Source of the DNA: an uncultured Candidatus Saccharibacteria bacterium
Lineage (GTDB): Bacteria > Patescibacteriota > JAQUNI01
Reading direction: 5' to 3'
Length of the DNA stretch: 64,000 nt
Assembly: GCA_964555185.1 (NCBI GenBank)
Contig: CAZKRD010000001.1
Coordinates: forward strand, 124,265 to 188,264
Shown: one piece after another, positions 26,121-35,264 of the stretch
Layout: every line of letters begins with the position of its first letter
Position numbering within the stretch: position 1 is the stretch's first letter
Made by a program: the position numbers and the translations under genes
The notes under the pieces: generated by a model
The model's database searches: none
Told to the model about the DNA's origin: nothing
The model's input: only the letters and a program-made list of their open reading frames with translations

Positions 26121-26495
26121 TTAGGGAGGTTTTTGTTGACGTCTAGCGTCTTGGCAAGGGTCACAGAAGAAAGAGTGAAAATCCACAATTCTTCTTAAGG
26201 GTAATCCATTTTGACACATCAAACATCTACCGGCCTCAAAAGTTTCTTGACAGTCTGCACACAAAAGAGGATTGTGTTCTAGTCTGTTGGTAGATATCTC
26301 TCTATTACAGTGAGCACACATTTCAGAACTTTGCTTCATATTAGCCAACCAACTCATAACATATTGATCATGATGAATATTGGCCATGGAAACGGTGACT
26401 TCTATAGAAACAGGGATGTTACCGTGTATCTCTCCTTCAAGTTGTATATGCCTTGCGGCTTGTCTGCCTCCACTTATATGTATTCCTCGCCCCAT
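26121..26495 (-). CDS. Hypothetical Cys-rich (zinc-ribbon-like) small protein
   Basis: 124-aa ORF with CAHCNREI...CADCQE...CLMCQNG...CDPCQD. It sits in a low-coding-density segment and has no homology anchor. Confidence 0.3.
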   Translation of the reverse strand: MGRGIHISGGRQAARHIQLEGEIHGNIPVSIEVTVSMANIHHDQYVMSWLANMKQSSEMCAHCNREISTNRLEHNPLLCADCQETFEAGRCLMCQNGLPLRRIVDFHSFFCDPCQDARRQQKPP

Positions 26496-26903
26496 TTTTT
26501 ATACTTCCTTTTCTAGAGTTTGCTTTGTTTTATTGCCCCAGATTATCTAGAAAGGAAGTGTACTACGGGGGGTGTTTAGTACGACAGCATCTATATTTTT
26601 TTAGCATTTTAGATACCTCCTTTATCTGATGCTGAATTGAAAAGAACCTCTTCTGAAATCTTTACTACCCCCTTAATTACTCACCACTAATATTTTTCTG
26701 TTACTTATATTATAATGGATTATCGTATTTTAAGTCAAGGTCTTGACATTTATAATGTATATGATATGTTATGTTTGCATGAGGAGATGATTGTCCTATG
26801 TTTCTGTTCGGCGCGCGCTCACTTGGCTGTCCCAGAAAGTAGCCCCAGACTGCTTTGTTGCCAAGAGTATTTTTTAGGACTTTCTTCCTCCTCATGCACT
26901 TTT

Positions 26904-28907
26904 TTACTCCAAACTGATTTTGTTAAGTTTGGTCTGAATTTTCCGCTTAAGTAAGGGATATTGAGAAAGATTTTTAACTATAGCTTCCGCTTCTGTGCGG
27001 GCTTTTTTGATTAAGGCATAGTCTAAAAGCGAGCCGATTTTAAGGTCTAAATATCCTGATTGCTTAGTGCCATAAATTTCTCCTGGACCGCGTGATTTGA
27101 GATCATATTCAGCCAATTCAAACCCATTCTCTGAAGAAACAAGGGCGCGCAATCTTCGTAATGTATTAGAACTTTTAGAATCAGTAAAAAGGAAACAATA
27201 AGACTGCTTTTTTTCTCTTCCCACCCGGCCCCGGAACTGATGGAGGGAAGCGAGGCCAAAACGTTCCGTTCCCTCAATCATCATTATTGTCGCGTTCGGG
27301 ATGTCAATTCCGACTTCCACGACTGCGGTTGAAACCAGGATTTGAATCTTATTTTTTTTGAAAGCGGCCATTACTCTGTCTTTTTCATTTGTTTTCAGTC
27401 GGCCGTGGAGAAGGCCGATTTCGTATTGTGGGAATACTTTTGTTTTTAGTTTTTCGTATTCTTTGGTCGCGGCGGCAACTCCAAGCTTGTCAGATTCTTC
27501 AATTAAAGGGCAGATCACAAAGACCTGTTCTTTTTTTTCGATTCTTTGTTGGATGAATTCGTAGGCCTTTGCTCTTTTTTGGGGCGGGACAACCCGGGTA
27601 ATGATTTTTTTTCGGCCTGGCGGCATTTGGCGGATCAGAGAGATATCAAGGTCGCCATAAAGAGTCAAAGCCAGAGAGCGGGGGATTGGCGTGGCGGTCA
27701 TTGAAAGGAAGTGCGGTGAGAGCTTGCCGCTTTTAGATTTTAGCTGGGTCCTCTGTCTGACCCCGAAACGGTGCTGTTCATCGACGACCACCAGACCAAG
27801 CTTAGGAAATTTAATTTTGTCTTGAATTAAGGCGTGGGTGCCGATCAAAATTTGGCCTTGAGGATTAATTTGTTTGGAGCGGGTTATAAGGCCTGCTTTT
27901 GTTTTAAAGCCCTTTAATAATTCAGATATTTTTTTGAAATGCTGTTGGGCTAAAATTTCGGTAGGCGCCATTAAAACCGCCTGATAGCCCGCATCTGCTG
28001 TTTCCAACATAGCCAGAGTTGCTACCACGGTTTTACCTGATCCGACATCGCCTTCTAAAAGCCGATTTGCCGGCTTGTCTTTTGCCAGATCTTTTAATAT
28101 TTCCCAGGCAGTAACTCGCTGATCGCCAGTGAGTTTAAAGGGAAGGCTTTTTGTAAACCTTTGCGCCAATTTAACATTGAGAGGAATTAGAGGCGCTTTT
28201 TCGCTTTGGATTTTTCTTTTGATTTGCAGAGCGGCAAGCTGCAATAGAAAAAATTCATCGAAAGCAAGCCGCTTCCGCGCTTTTTTCATTCTGTTAAGAC
28301 TTGTAGGGAAGTGGATTTCTTCCAAGGCTTGGTTTAAAGGGAGAAGATGATGTTTTTGTCTGATTGCAATTGGGAGATAATCATTTATTTTTTTGCTTGC
28401 GGGGAGCGCGGAGGAAACAAGGTAGCGCAACCATTTAGGCGTTAGGCCAGCAGTTGTGTTATAGACAGGGATAATCCTGGCTGTATGCGTGGTTTGCGGT
28501 TTATAGATTTCGTATTCAGGACTGCGCATAAGGTGATAAGGTGAACCAGAATCAACCCGGCCGCTTAGGTAGATATTCTGTCCTTTTTTCAAAGTATTTC
28601 TTAGATAGGGCTGGTTAAACCAGACACTTTCTAAGGTGCCTGTCTTATCCGAGACTTCTGCTCGGGTTAATATCATTCTTCTGCGCGGAGTGCGGATTGT
28701 TTTGATTCTTTTGATTTCCCCTAAGATTGTAAGAGTTTGACCGGGTTCTATTTTGTCAATTGGAACGATTTTGCTGAAGTCATTGTAGCGAAAAGGGAAA
28801 TAAAAAATCAGGTCACGGATCGTCTTGAGACCTAATTTTTTTAACGCTTTTTGTTTGGTCGGCCCTACGCCATAGAGCTTGCTAAGAGGAGTTTTAAGGG
28901 AGAGCAT
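26904..28907 (-). CDS. recG: ATP-dependent DNA helicase RecG
   Basis: Wedge/OB N-terminus. Helicase motifs GDVGSGKT, DEQHRFGV, MTATPIPRSL. 667 aa. Confidence 0.95.
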   Translation of the reverse strand: MLSLKTPLSKLYGVGPTKQKALKKLGLKTIRDLIFYFPFRYNDFSKIVPIDKIEPGQTLTILGEIKRIKTIRTPRRRMILTRAEVSDKTGTLESVWFNQPYLRNTLKKGQNIYLSGRVDSGSPYHLMRSPEYEIYKPQTTHTARIIPVYNTTAGLTPKWLRYLVSSALPASKKINDYLPIAIRQKHHLLPLNQALEEIHFPTSLNRMKKARKRLAFDEFFLLQLAALQIKRKIQSEKAPLIPLNVKLAQRFTKSLPFKLTGDQRVTAWEILKDLAKDKPANRLLEGDVGSGKTVVATLAMLETADAGYQAVLMAPTEILAQQHFKKISELLKGFKTKAGLITRSKQINPQGQILIGTHALIQDKIKFPKLGLVVVDEQHRFGVRQRTQLKSKSGKLSPHFLSMTATPIPRSLALTLYGDLDISLIRQMPPGRKKIITRVVPPQKRAKAYEFIQQRIEKKEQVFVICPLIEESDKLGVAAATKEYEKLKTKVFPQYEIGLLHGRLKTNEKDRVMAAFKKNKIQILVSTAVVEVGIDIPNATIMMIEGTERFGLASLHQFRGRVGREKKQSYCFLFTDSKSSNTLRRLRALVSSENGFELAEYDLKSRGPGEIYGTKQSGYLDLKIGSLLDYALIKKARTEAEAIVKNLSQYPLLKRKIQTKLNKISLE

Positions 28908-29012
28908 ATCAGTTTAAAGTTCAAAGTTTAAAGTTCAAGATTGAATTTAAAGTTAAAAGTTGCAGATTTTGAGTTATAACTTTGAATTTTGAACTTTGAA
29001 TTTTTAACTGTC
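28908..29012. repeat. Family-B promoter-proximal 8-bp periodic AT-rich tandem repeats (AAGTTCAAAGTT / AACTTTGAA)
   Basis: 'cagtttaaagttcaaagtttaaagttcaagattgaatttaaagttaaaagttgcag...aactttgaattttgaactttgaatttttaactg', directly upstream of recG (minus strand). Confidence 0.7.
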
Positions 29013-29017
29013 TAAAG

Positions 29018-29091
29018 CGCCCTTGGCAGGATTTGAACCTGCGACCTTGAGCTCCGCAAGCTCACGCTCTATCCAACTGAGCTACAAGGGC
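29018..29091 (-). tRNA. tRNA-Arg (anticodon GCG)
   Basis: RC reads GCCCTTGTAGCTCAGTTGGATAGAGCGTGAGCTTGCGGAGCTCAAGGTCGCAGGTTCAAATCCTGCCAAGGGCG. 7-bp acceptor, D/anticodon/T arms fold, loop TTGCGGA. No encoded CCA. Confidence 0.75.
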
Positions 29092-29156
29092 AGATGTTTA
29101 ATGCAAATTCCAATTATATCAATGAATGACCAATAATCAATTCATTATTAGTAATT

Positions 29157-29678
29157 CTATATTTTCAATCTTCTTGCCAATCTCTCTCCATTTGTTTCCT
29201 CGGTTTTTTCTCCGTCTTCCTCGATGTAATCTAAAAGGAGATCGCGGATCCTCAAGGGGTCTTGGTCTTGGATTTGAAGAGAGACCTGGGGGAACAGGGT
29301 GCTTGTGGTTTTGAGATTTAAGGTCTTTGCCGGGGGGTCGTAGATAATCCAGAAATTCTCTATGTTTTTATAGGGATAGAATTTTTTTCCAAATCTGATT
29401 CCTTTTTCCGTGAGCTTGATTTTTAAAACCAAGGGCTCTTTCTTGTGGAGAGTGTAGATCACAATAGCAAAGAGGACAACAATAATGATTAAAAGATAAT
29501 TGCGCATCCAGATACTCGCTCCAATCAAGAGAGCGGCGATGATCCCAGCGCCAATAAACCAGCCGCGGCTTTTCTCCTGTTGTTCGTATTCCGGCGCTCG
29601 CCAGGACATTAAGGCTTTGCCGTCGTCTGTTTGGGAAGGATTTTGGTTTAAGGGTTCAAAGTTTTGTTTCTGATCCAT
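29157..29678 (-). CDS. Hypothetical membrane protein (two TM, PH-like C-terminal region)
   Basis: 173 aa. GWFIGAGIIAALLIGASIWMRNYLLIIIVVLFAIVIY. Confidence 0.5.
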   Translation of the reverse strand: MDQKQNFEPLNQNPSQTDDGKALMSWRAPEYEQQEKSRGWFIGAGIIAALLIGASIWMRNYLLIIIVVLFAIVIYTLHKKEPLVLKIKLTEKGIRFGKKFYPYKNIENFWIIYDPPAKTLNLKTTSTLFPQVSLQIQDQDPLRIRDLLLDYIEEDGEKTEETNGERLARRLKI

Positions 29679-29704
29679 AATTTTGTTGGTTTTTAGAGCT
29701 AATT

Positions 29705-30013
29705 TTAGATAAAAAACAATAAGCTGATTATTGCTGTTATTAGATTGGCAATAAAGGATAGAAGCAGCGCTTTTCTGTATTTTATTCCTAAAAGCAGCAT
29801 TAGCAAAATACTTTCAACAAGGAAGATAATAAGTTCAATCGCGATAAGGTTGGGCCAGAGATTCTGATAGAGATAAAGAGCAGGGGGGTGGGTCGCGAGA
29901 TTAATCAGGAAAGTATAAAGGAGGAGTTTCTGTGGTTTTTGGCGGACAAAGATCCAGAGGATAGCAAATTCCAAGATCACAGTGAGGATAAAGGCAATAA
30001 GATAAGAAGACAC
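29705..30013 (-). CDS. Small integral membrane protein
   Basis: 102 aa, three hydrophobic segments, 4 bp from the next ORF. Confidence 0.4.
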   Translation of the reverse strand: MSSYLIAFILTVILEFAILWIFVRQKPQKLLLYTFLINLATHPPALYLYQNLWPNLIAIELIIFLVESILLMLLLGIKYRKALLLSFIANLITAIISLLFFI

Positions 30014-30017
30014 GGAA

Positions 30018-30638
30018 TTATTTTTTTCTCTTTTTTAAGACAATAATCACGATGATGATTACGGCAATAAGCGGGAGGCCAAAAATCAGAATAAAGGAGA
30101 GCCATGATTTTGTTTTTTTCTGAGAGGGAGGAGGCAGATTGCCGTCTGCGTCAGCTTGTTTTTCTTCGGTCGTACCGTCTTTGTAGGTATAGATTACTTT
30201 AGTTTTTCTAATTTCCAGCTGTTCGTTATTGACTCCCTTGATTTCCCAGACAATCTCGACTTCTGTTAATGAGCTTCCAGAAGAGATTGGGCTGTAAGGG
30301 TTCAGTTCGGCGCCAGATGGGATCAGTTTGGGATTTTCTTGGAAATAGAGGTCTGCTTCTGTTTCTAATTCGCTTTGATCAAAATCTTCTTTTGCTACCG
30401 CGTAAACCGTGTTTTGGCTTAGCTTATAGAAGCTTAAGCAATCATCAGGTTTTAAGATGCCAAAACCAGTAACCGGCCGGCCATAGAAAAGAAAGACATA
30501 GTCTGGATAGTCGTTGAGATTGGCAACGCGGTGGCAGGAGCTGACGCTTTTTTGTCCCGGCACCATAACATCAGCAAGGACCAGGGAGGGGACGAAAATC
30601 GCGGTCAAAACAGCGAGGATGATAATTTTGTTTTTCAT
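30018..30638 (-). CDS. Secreted protein with C-terminal membrane anchor
   Basis: Signal peptide MKNKIIILAVLTAIFVPSLVLA. C-terminal LSFILIFGLPLIAVIIIVIIVLKKRKK. Confidence 0.55.
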   Translation of the reverse strand: MKNKIIILAVLTAIFVPSLVLADVMVPGQKSVSSCHRVANLNDYPDYVFLFYGRPVTGFGILKPDDCLSFYKLSQNTVYAVAKEDFDQSELETEADLYFQENPKLIPSGAELNPYSPISSGSSLTEVEIVWEIKGVNNEQLEIRKTKVIYTYKDGTTEEKQADADGNLPPPSQKKTKSWLSFILIFGLPLIAVIIIVIIVLKKRKK

Positions 30639-30657
30639 AAATTTTTGTTTTAGTGTA

Positions 30658-30751
30658 TGGCGAAGAGGGAGGGATTCGAACCCTCGAAAGGACTATTAAG
30701 CCCTTTAACGGCTTAGCAAGCCGCCGCTTTCAGCCACTCAGCCACCTCTTC
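30658..30751 (-). tRNA. tRNA-Ser (anticodon GCT), with encoded CCA
   Basis: RC reads GAAGAGGTGGCTGAGTGGCTGAAAGCGGCGGCTTGCTAAGCCGTTAAAGGGCTTAATAGTCCTTTCGAGGGTTCGAATCCCTCCCTCTTCGCCA. Long variable arm, anticodon loop TTGCTAA. Confidence 0.85.
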
Positions 30752-30772
30752 TTCTAAGGTATTGAGATCAAA

Positions 30773-31795
30773 TTAAGCATACTTTGTTTTGCCGGTGTTG
30801 ACAATGAGTATTTTTTTGTCACGGGGGAGTTTGTTTTTTAATTGCAGCAGGAGAGCAAGGCCGGCAATGCCTGATGGTTCACATTCTATTTTTTGTGAAT
30901 TAGCGAATTTTATTGCCTGATCTAGGTATTTTTCTTTGACAATCTGGACATTAGATTCCGGGCCGCAGAAGGAAGCTTGGCGGTAGAATCTGATCCATTG
31001 CTCGTCAAAATGGACAAAAGGGAGGTGAGGCGAATAGAGCTTGTCTGCTTTGGATTTGGGGTCGTTTGTTGTAGCACCAATAAAATTACATTTCCTTAGA
31101 ATTCCGATATCGCCTTGAAACCGTGGATCGTGTTTTTCACTAACAACTTCTTTTTTATTGATGTTCAGAATATTTTCATAAAGATTGCCCGTGCCAAAAG
31201 GGATAAAACAGTATTCCGGAGAATTGTTAATGATTTCATAGCTTAACCAGTCATAAAAGCGGGTAGCAGGATCCAAAGCCATATTTGAGGTGATGTCATA
31301 GCCGTTTGGATTTTTGGTTAGCTTTAAAATTTTTTTCCAGTTTAATGCTTTTTTGCTTAAATCAGTTTTGTAAATTTCACAGTCGATTTTTTTTAGATAG
31401 GTTAAAATTTTTGGATTCAAATTAAAATCAACCAAAACCTTTAGGGCGGGGAGTTGGTATTTTGTAAGTTGAGTTTGAATCGCGATTGCGGCTGAACCAG
31501 AGGAGATTAAAGACATTGGAGGCAGGGGATCATCCACTAGCCCCTTCTTTTTTGCGAGCAAGAAATCGCGGTAAGTAACAACTATTTCCCAAGCCATCCG
31601 GTCTTTGTGCGTGCCGGTCGGATTTTTACTTTCATCTTTTAGCCAAACATTAGAAAAACCAGCGACTTTGATTTCGTAAGTAGGGGTAGCAGGGAATTTT
31701 GGATTGTCTGCAGGAAACTCGGGTTTTTCCGGATCATTCTCCGAGGCAACTTTAATTGATTCTAAGATTTTTTGTTCTTTGGAAGATAGAAGCAT
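30773..31795 (-). CDS. PLP-dependent fold-type II enzyme (threonine synthase / cysteine synthase superfamily)
   Basis: KDESKNPTGTHKDR matches the PLP-lysine motif of the Trp-synthase-beta superfamily. C-terminal Gly-rich region NTGKTKYA. Confidence 0.65.
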   Translation of the reverse strand: MLLSSKEQKILESIKVASENDPEKPEFPADNPKFPATPTYEIKVAGFSNVWLKDESKNPTGTHKDRMAWEIVVTYRDFLLAKKKGLVDDPLPPMSLISSGSAAIAIQTQLTKYQLPALKVLVDFNLNPKILTYLKKIDCEIYKTDLSKKALNWKKILKLTKNPNGYDITSNMALDPATRFYDWLSYEIINNSPEYCFIPFGTGNLYENILNINKKEVVSEKHDPRFQGDIGILRKCNFIGATTNDPKSKADKLYSPHLPFVHFDEQWIRFYRQASFCGPESNVQIVKEKYLDQAIKFANSQKIECEPSGIAGLALLLQLKNKLPRDKKILIVNTGKTKYA

Positions 31796-31852
31796 TTATC
31801 GTTGATCTATAATTTTAATATTATTGACCGTGAATCCGGAAATACTCTCTGT

Positions 31853-32011
31853 CTATTAGCGAGGAGCGACCAGAGGGAGCGACAAAGCAATCTCATAAAC
31901 AGCAAAAATAAGCCATTTTTATTTCTTGGAGATTGCCTGCCTGCCGCCTGCCTGCCGGTAGGCAGGGTGGGCAGGCTTCGGTCGAGCAGTAGCCCTCTCT
32001 CGCAATGACAT
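31853..32011. repeat. Family-A IR miniature element without cargo (degenerate left end)
   Basis: 'tattagcgaggagcgaccagagggagcgacaaagcaatctc ... gagattgcctgcctgccgcctgcctgccggtaggcagggtgggcaggcttcggtcgagcagtagccctctctcgcaatgacat'. Confidence 0.55.
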
Positions 32012-32150
32012 TTTGCGAATTTTCGAATTCACGATATTGAGGCTTGCTTTTTTGAATCAGTTTAGTATAATACAGAGAAGTTCTTTTTGACAAAATATGT
32101 TTAGATTTTTAATTATCTTTGTAGTGGTTCTTCTACAAAAGGAGGTTGTG

Positions 32151-32474
32151 ATGCCAAAAGCATTAGCGCGATATCAACCTGGCTTAGAGGTTGAGATGAG
32201 TTGCTATCAATCTGGATGTGAAGATGTGTCGATTCCTGTGACTCTGGGCGGCGAATTCCCAGTTCATCCAGATTTTGTAGTCACATATAGCCTTGGAAGC
32301 ATGCATCGGGATGAGGGGACGGCAGCGAAGGGTTTCTCACTGAGTGAGCGTTTTGGCGGTTCGGGCTACTGCAAGTGCCCAGGATGTAATACTTTGTTTG
32401 GAGCAGTCGTGATCATTTCCAATGGGAGCGGCAAACCGGCTTCAATCTTTGGTTATAGTCCGGAGCCCGCATAA
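32151..32474 (+). CDS. Hypothetical small protein (107 aa)
   Basis: Strong RBS 'aaaggagg' 7 nt before ATG 32151: MPKALARYQPGLEVEMSCYQSGCEDV...CKCPGCNTLFG. No known motif. Confidence 0.4.
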   Translation: MPKALARYQPGLEVEMSCYQSGCEDVSIPVTLGGEFPVHPDFVVTYSLGSMHRDEGTAAKGFSLSERFGGSGYCKCPGCNTLFGAVVIISNGSGKPASIFGYSPEPA

Positions 32475-32690
32475 TGAACATTCCGCGAGATTGTTCACCA
32501 GTGGATTTATTGTAATATCACTGGTTTTTTTATTCGAGCAAAAAGCATTTTAAAAGTATAATAACTGACGAAGGCGGTGGGTGCAGGATTCCCACCCTAC
32601 AGGTGGTCATCCAGAAAGGGTGAGAATCTGTTGTGTGTTGCGGCGCCTTTTGGTTAAAATTCGAACCTATTTTCAGGAAAATTCCGATAC

Positions 32691-32731
32691 CGATTTTTAA
32701 TCTACCCGCCCGCCTTCGGCGGGCGGGTAGA
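32691..32731. terminator. Strong GC hairpin (13-bp perfect stem), terminator-like
   Basis: 'ctacccgcccgcc ttc ggcgggcgggtag' lies just downstream (minus-strand sense) of serS and inside the island's left end. Confidence 0.4.
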
Positions 32732-32881
32732 AAATCCGTTTCAAAAATTCGCTTCGCGGATTTCCGTCTCGGCAAAAAATTTTGTTAAGATAAAATTGTT
32801 TAAAAGCAATTTTGGAAATTTCAAAAATCTTTTGATATTTCTTTCCAAATTTCATTTTTCGTAAACAAAAATATCACCACT

Positions 32882-34177
32882 TCAAAAATTGACTTTTGGG
32901 GGATTGCTCAAAATGATTTTGGGTAAACTCGGCATATATTTTCGTAAAACCTCTGGAACTTTTACGCTTCCATCCTCCTGTTGGTTATTTTCAATTATTG
33001 AAATTAAAAGTCTAGGTACGGCAAAAGCTGTTCCGTTTACAGTATGAACAAAGTTTAATTTACCCAATCTGTTTCTACAGCGAATATTTAATCTTCTTGC
33101 TTGAAAATCAGTACAATTTGAAGTTGAATGGGTCTCACGATATCTATTTTGAGATGGTATCCATGTTTCGATATCATATTGGCTAGCCGTAGGCAATGCC
33201 ATATCTCCACTACATATTTTAATTACACGATAAGGAAGTTTTAATGCTTCCATTAACTTTTCTTCTATTTCTAGAAATAACCAGTGCTCTTTTTTTGAAT
33301 CCTCCGGTTTGCAAAAGCTAAACATCTCAATTTTATCAAATTGGTGAACCCTAAAAATCCCTCTTGTATCTTTTCCATAAGAGCCACTTTCTCTGCGAAA
33401 ACAAGTGGAAAAACCTAAATATCTCTTAGGAAGTTCTTCATTATCAAAAACCTCGTTGGAGTGCATTGCACCTATAGAATGTTCTGCTGTGGCCACTAAA
33501 TATAAATCATCTTGAGGTAGATAATATGCCTCCTCTTTACCAGAATGTTCTAAATATCCCATTCCTCTTTCCATTTCTGATTTTAACATTGCCGGTGGAA
33601 TAATTGGAATAAATTTAAATTCTTTAATTAAAATATCATAAGCCAATTTTATTAAAGCAAATTCCAATAAAACTGCTTCCTTCTTCAAAAAACTAAATCT
33701 TGTCCCAGAAATCTTTGCTGCTCTTTTAACATCAATTATGTCTAATTTTTCACCAATCTCTAAATGGTCTTTTGGTTTGAAATCAAATTTTGGCCTCTCT
33801 CCCACCTCTCTTAAAACTACATTCTCTCTCTCATTTTTTCCTATTGGAACATCCTCTTGAGGTAAATTTGGGACTTGAAGTATTAAGTTATTAATTTTTT
33901 TTTCAAGAATTTTTAGAGTTTTATTTAATCTATCACTGTTTTTATCTAATTCTCTCATTTCTAAGATTATTTTTTGTTTTTCTTTCTCATCTTTTATTTC
34001 GGAAATTTTTTTTGAAGCTTTATTTTTTTGAGCCCGCGTGTCTTCCAAGGTTGGAATTATTTTCCGTCTTTTTTTATCAAATTCTAAAAGTTGATCAATA
34101 TCAACCATAACCTGCTTCTGTTGACAAGCACTTTTTACTTTATCGAGATTCTGACAAATAAATCTAATATCTAACAT
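32882..34177 (-). CDS. serS: Seryl-tRNA synthetase (bacterial type, class II)
   Basis: N-terminal coiled coil. Class II motifs FRRESGSYGKDTRGIFRVHQFDKIE, TSNCTDFQARRL, GTAFAVPRLLISIIENNQ. 431 aa. Confidence 0.9.
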   Translation of the reverse strand: MLDIRFICQNLDKVKSACQQKQVMVDIDQLLEFDKKRRKIIPTLEDTRAQKNKASKKISEIKDEKEKQKIILEMRELDKNSDRLNKTLKILEKKINNLILQVPNLPQEDVPIGKNERENVVLREVGERPKFDFKPKDHLEIGEKLDIIDVKRAAKISGTRFSFLKKEAVLLEFALIKLAYDILIKEFKFIPIIPPAMLKSEMERGMGYLEHSGKEEAYYLPQDDLYLVATAEHSIGAMHSNEVFDNEELPKRYLGFSTCFRRESGSYGKDTRGIFRVHQFDKIEMFSFCKPEDSKKEHWLFLEIEEKLMEALKLPYRVIKICSGDMALPTASQYDIETWIPSQNRYRETHSTSNCTDFQARRLNIRCRNRLGKLNFVHTVNGTAFAVPRLLISIIENNQQEDGSVKVPEVLRKYMPSLPKIILSNPPKVNF

Positions 34178-34243
34178 AAATTAATAATAACAAAAATAAT
34201 GAAATAAGAGTAGTCCCCTTAATTATTTGTCATTGTTGTATTT

Positions 34244-35248
34244 TTAGGAATAAAATTTTTCTTTTATATACTTAGGTAGTATTCCAAATCTCCAAAAATC
34301 ATAATATTTTTGCTTATGACAAAAACCGGTATAATTTCTGTTTAATTTTTCTAAAACTATTTCTTTCATTAATTTCTTTCTTTCTTTTAGGGTTTTATTC
34401 CTAAAATCCCTCACGTATTCTAATCTAATAGCACAATTAGACACAAGTCCTTCTGGGTTCACACGAATTTTTGTACATTTTTCTCGGTCACAACGATAAT
34501 TTGCAGAATAATTTGGGTTAACTCCGTATATTCCTTTTAATCCAGAAATTCGAAAATATAAGGATTTAGGGACATTTCCTTTATTCTCAAGGGGAATTAA
34601 ATCTCCGTATTTTTTAAGACAGTTTAATATTTCATATATCGAAACAAAATTTTTCTCAAAAATTGTAATATCTTCATCATATATCTGACCACAAGGAACA
34701 AGTTCTAAAAATCTAACTGTTAATTTTCCCTGAAATTCTTCAGTAAATTTAACAAAATCATCAATCGTACTAAAATTATTTTTAGTTATAACACAATTAA
34801 TTTTAGTATTACTGTATAATTCTGTGGCTTTTTTTATAGAGTCTATAACATAGTTGAATCCGTCAACGCCACAAATATTTTTATATTGATTTCTATCTAA
34901 AATATCTAAACTCAAATTCACCCTTGTAATGCCAGCTTCTTTTAATTTATCAGCCATTTTATAATATAAGATTCCATTTGTCGTTAGGTGCTGTTGTCTA
35001 ACGCCTAAAGCTTTCACATTTTTAACAAGGTTTATAAATCCTTCTCTAACCGTCGGTTCCCCACCAGTCCATATTACTCTTTTAATTTCTGTCGAAGCCC
35101 CCGCTTCTACAATTTTTAATAGATCTTTATCAGATAATATATTGGGGTTAGGATTCCTTTTGGGGTTACAATAATTACAATTTAGATTGCAAGCGCTAGT
35201 CGCAGAAATCCTTAACGTATAGTTATTCTGTAGTTTAGTTTTATTCAC
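34244..35248 (-). CDS. Radical SAM enzyme, MoaA-like (GTP 3',8-cyclase family fold)
   Basis: LRISATSACNLNCNYC (CxxxCxxC), WTGGEPTVR, HLTTNGILY, RVNLSLDILD, FLELVPCG. The collinear MoaA signature. Confidence 0.8.
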   Translation of the reverse strand: MNKTKLQNNYTLRISATSACNLNCNYCNPKRNPNPNILSDKDLLKIVEAGASTEIKRVIWTGGEPTVREGFINLVKNVKALGVRQQHLTTNGILYYKMADKLKEAGITRVNLSLDILDRNQYKNICGVDGFNYVIDSIKKATELYSNTKINCVITKNNFSTIDDFVKFTEEFQGKLTVRFLELVPCGQIYDEDITIFEKNFVSIYEILNCLKKYGDLIPLENKGNVPKSLYFRISGLKGIYGVNPNYSANYRCDREKCTKIRVNPEGLVSNCAIRLEYVRDFRNKTLKERKKLMKEIVLEKLNRNYTGFCHKQKYYDFWRFGILPKYIKEKFYS

Positions 35249-35264
35249 AAATAGTCTTAAGTGA

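Noticed and set aside
30773-31795. Assigning the PLP enzyme to the tRNA-Ser island
   Set aside because: It lies outside the 19-bp repeat boundary and its composition resembles the host genes. Treated as a resident gene.
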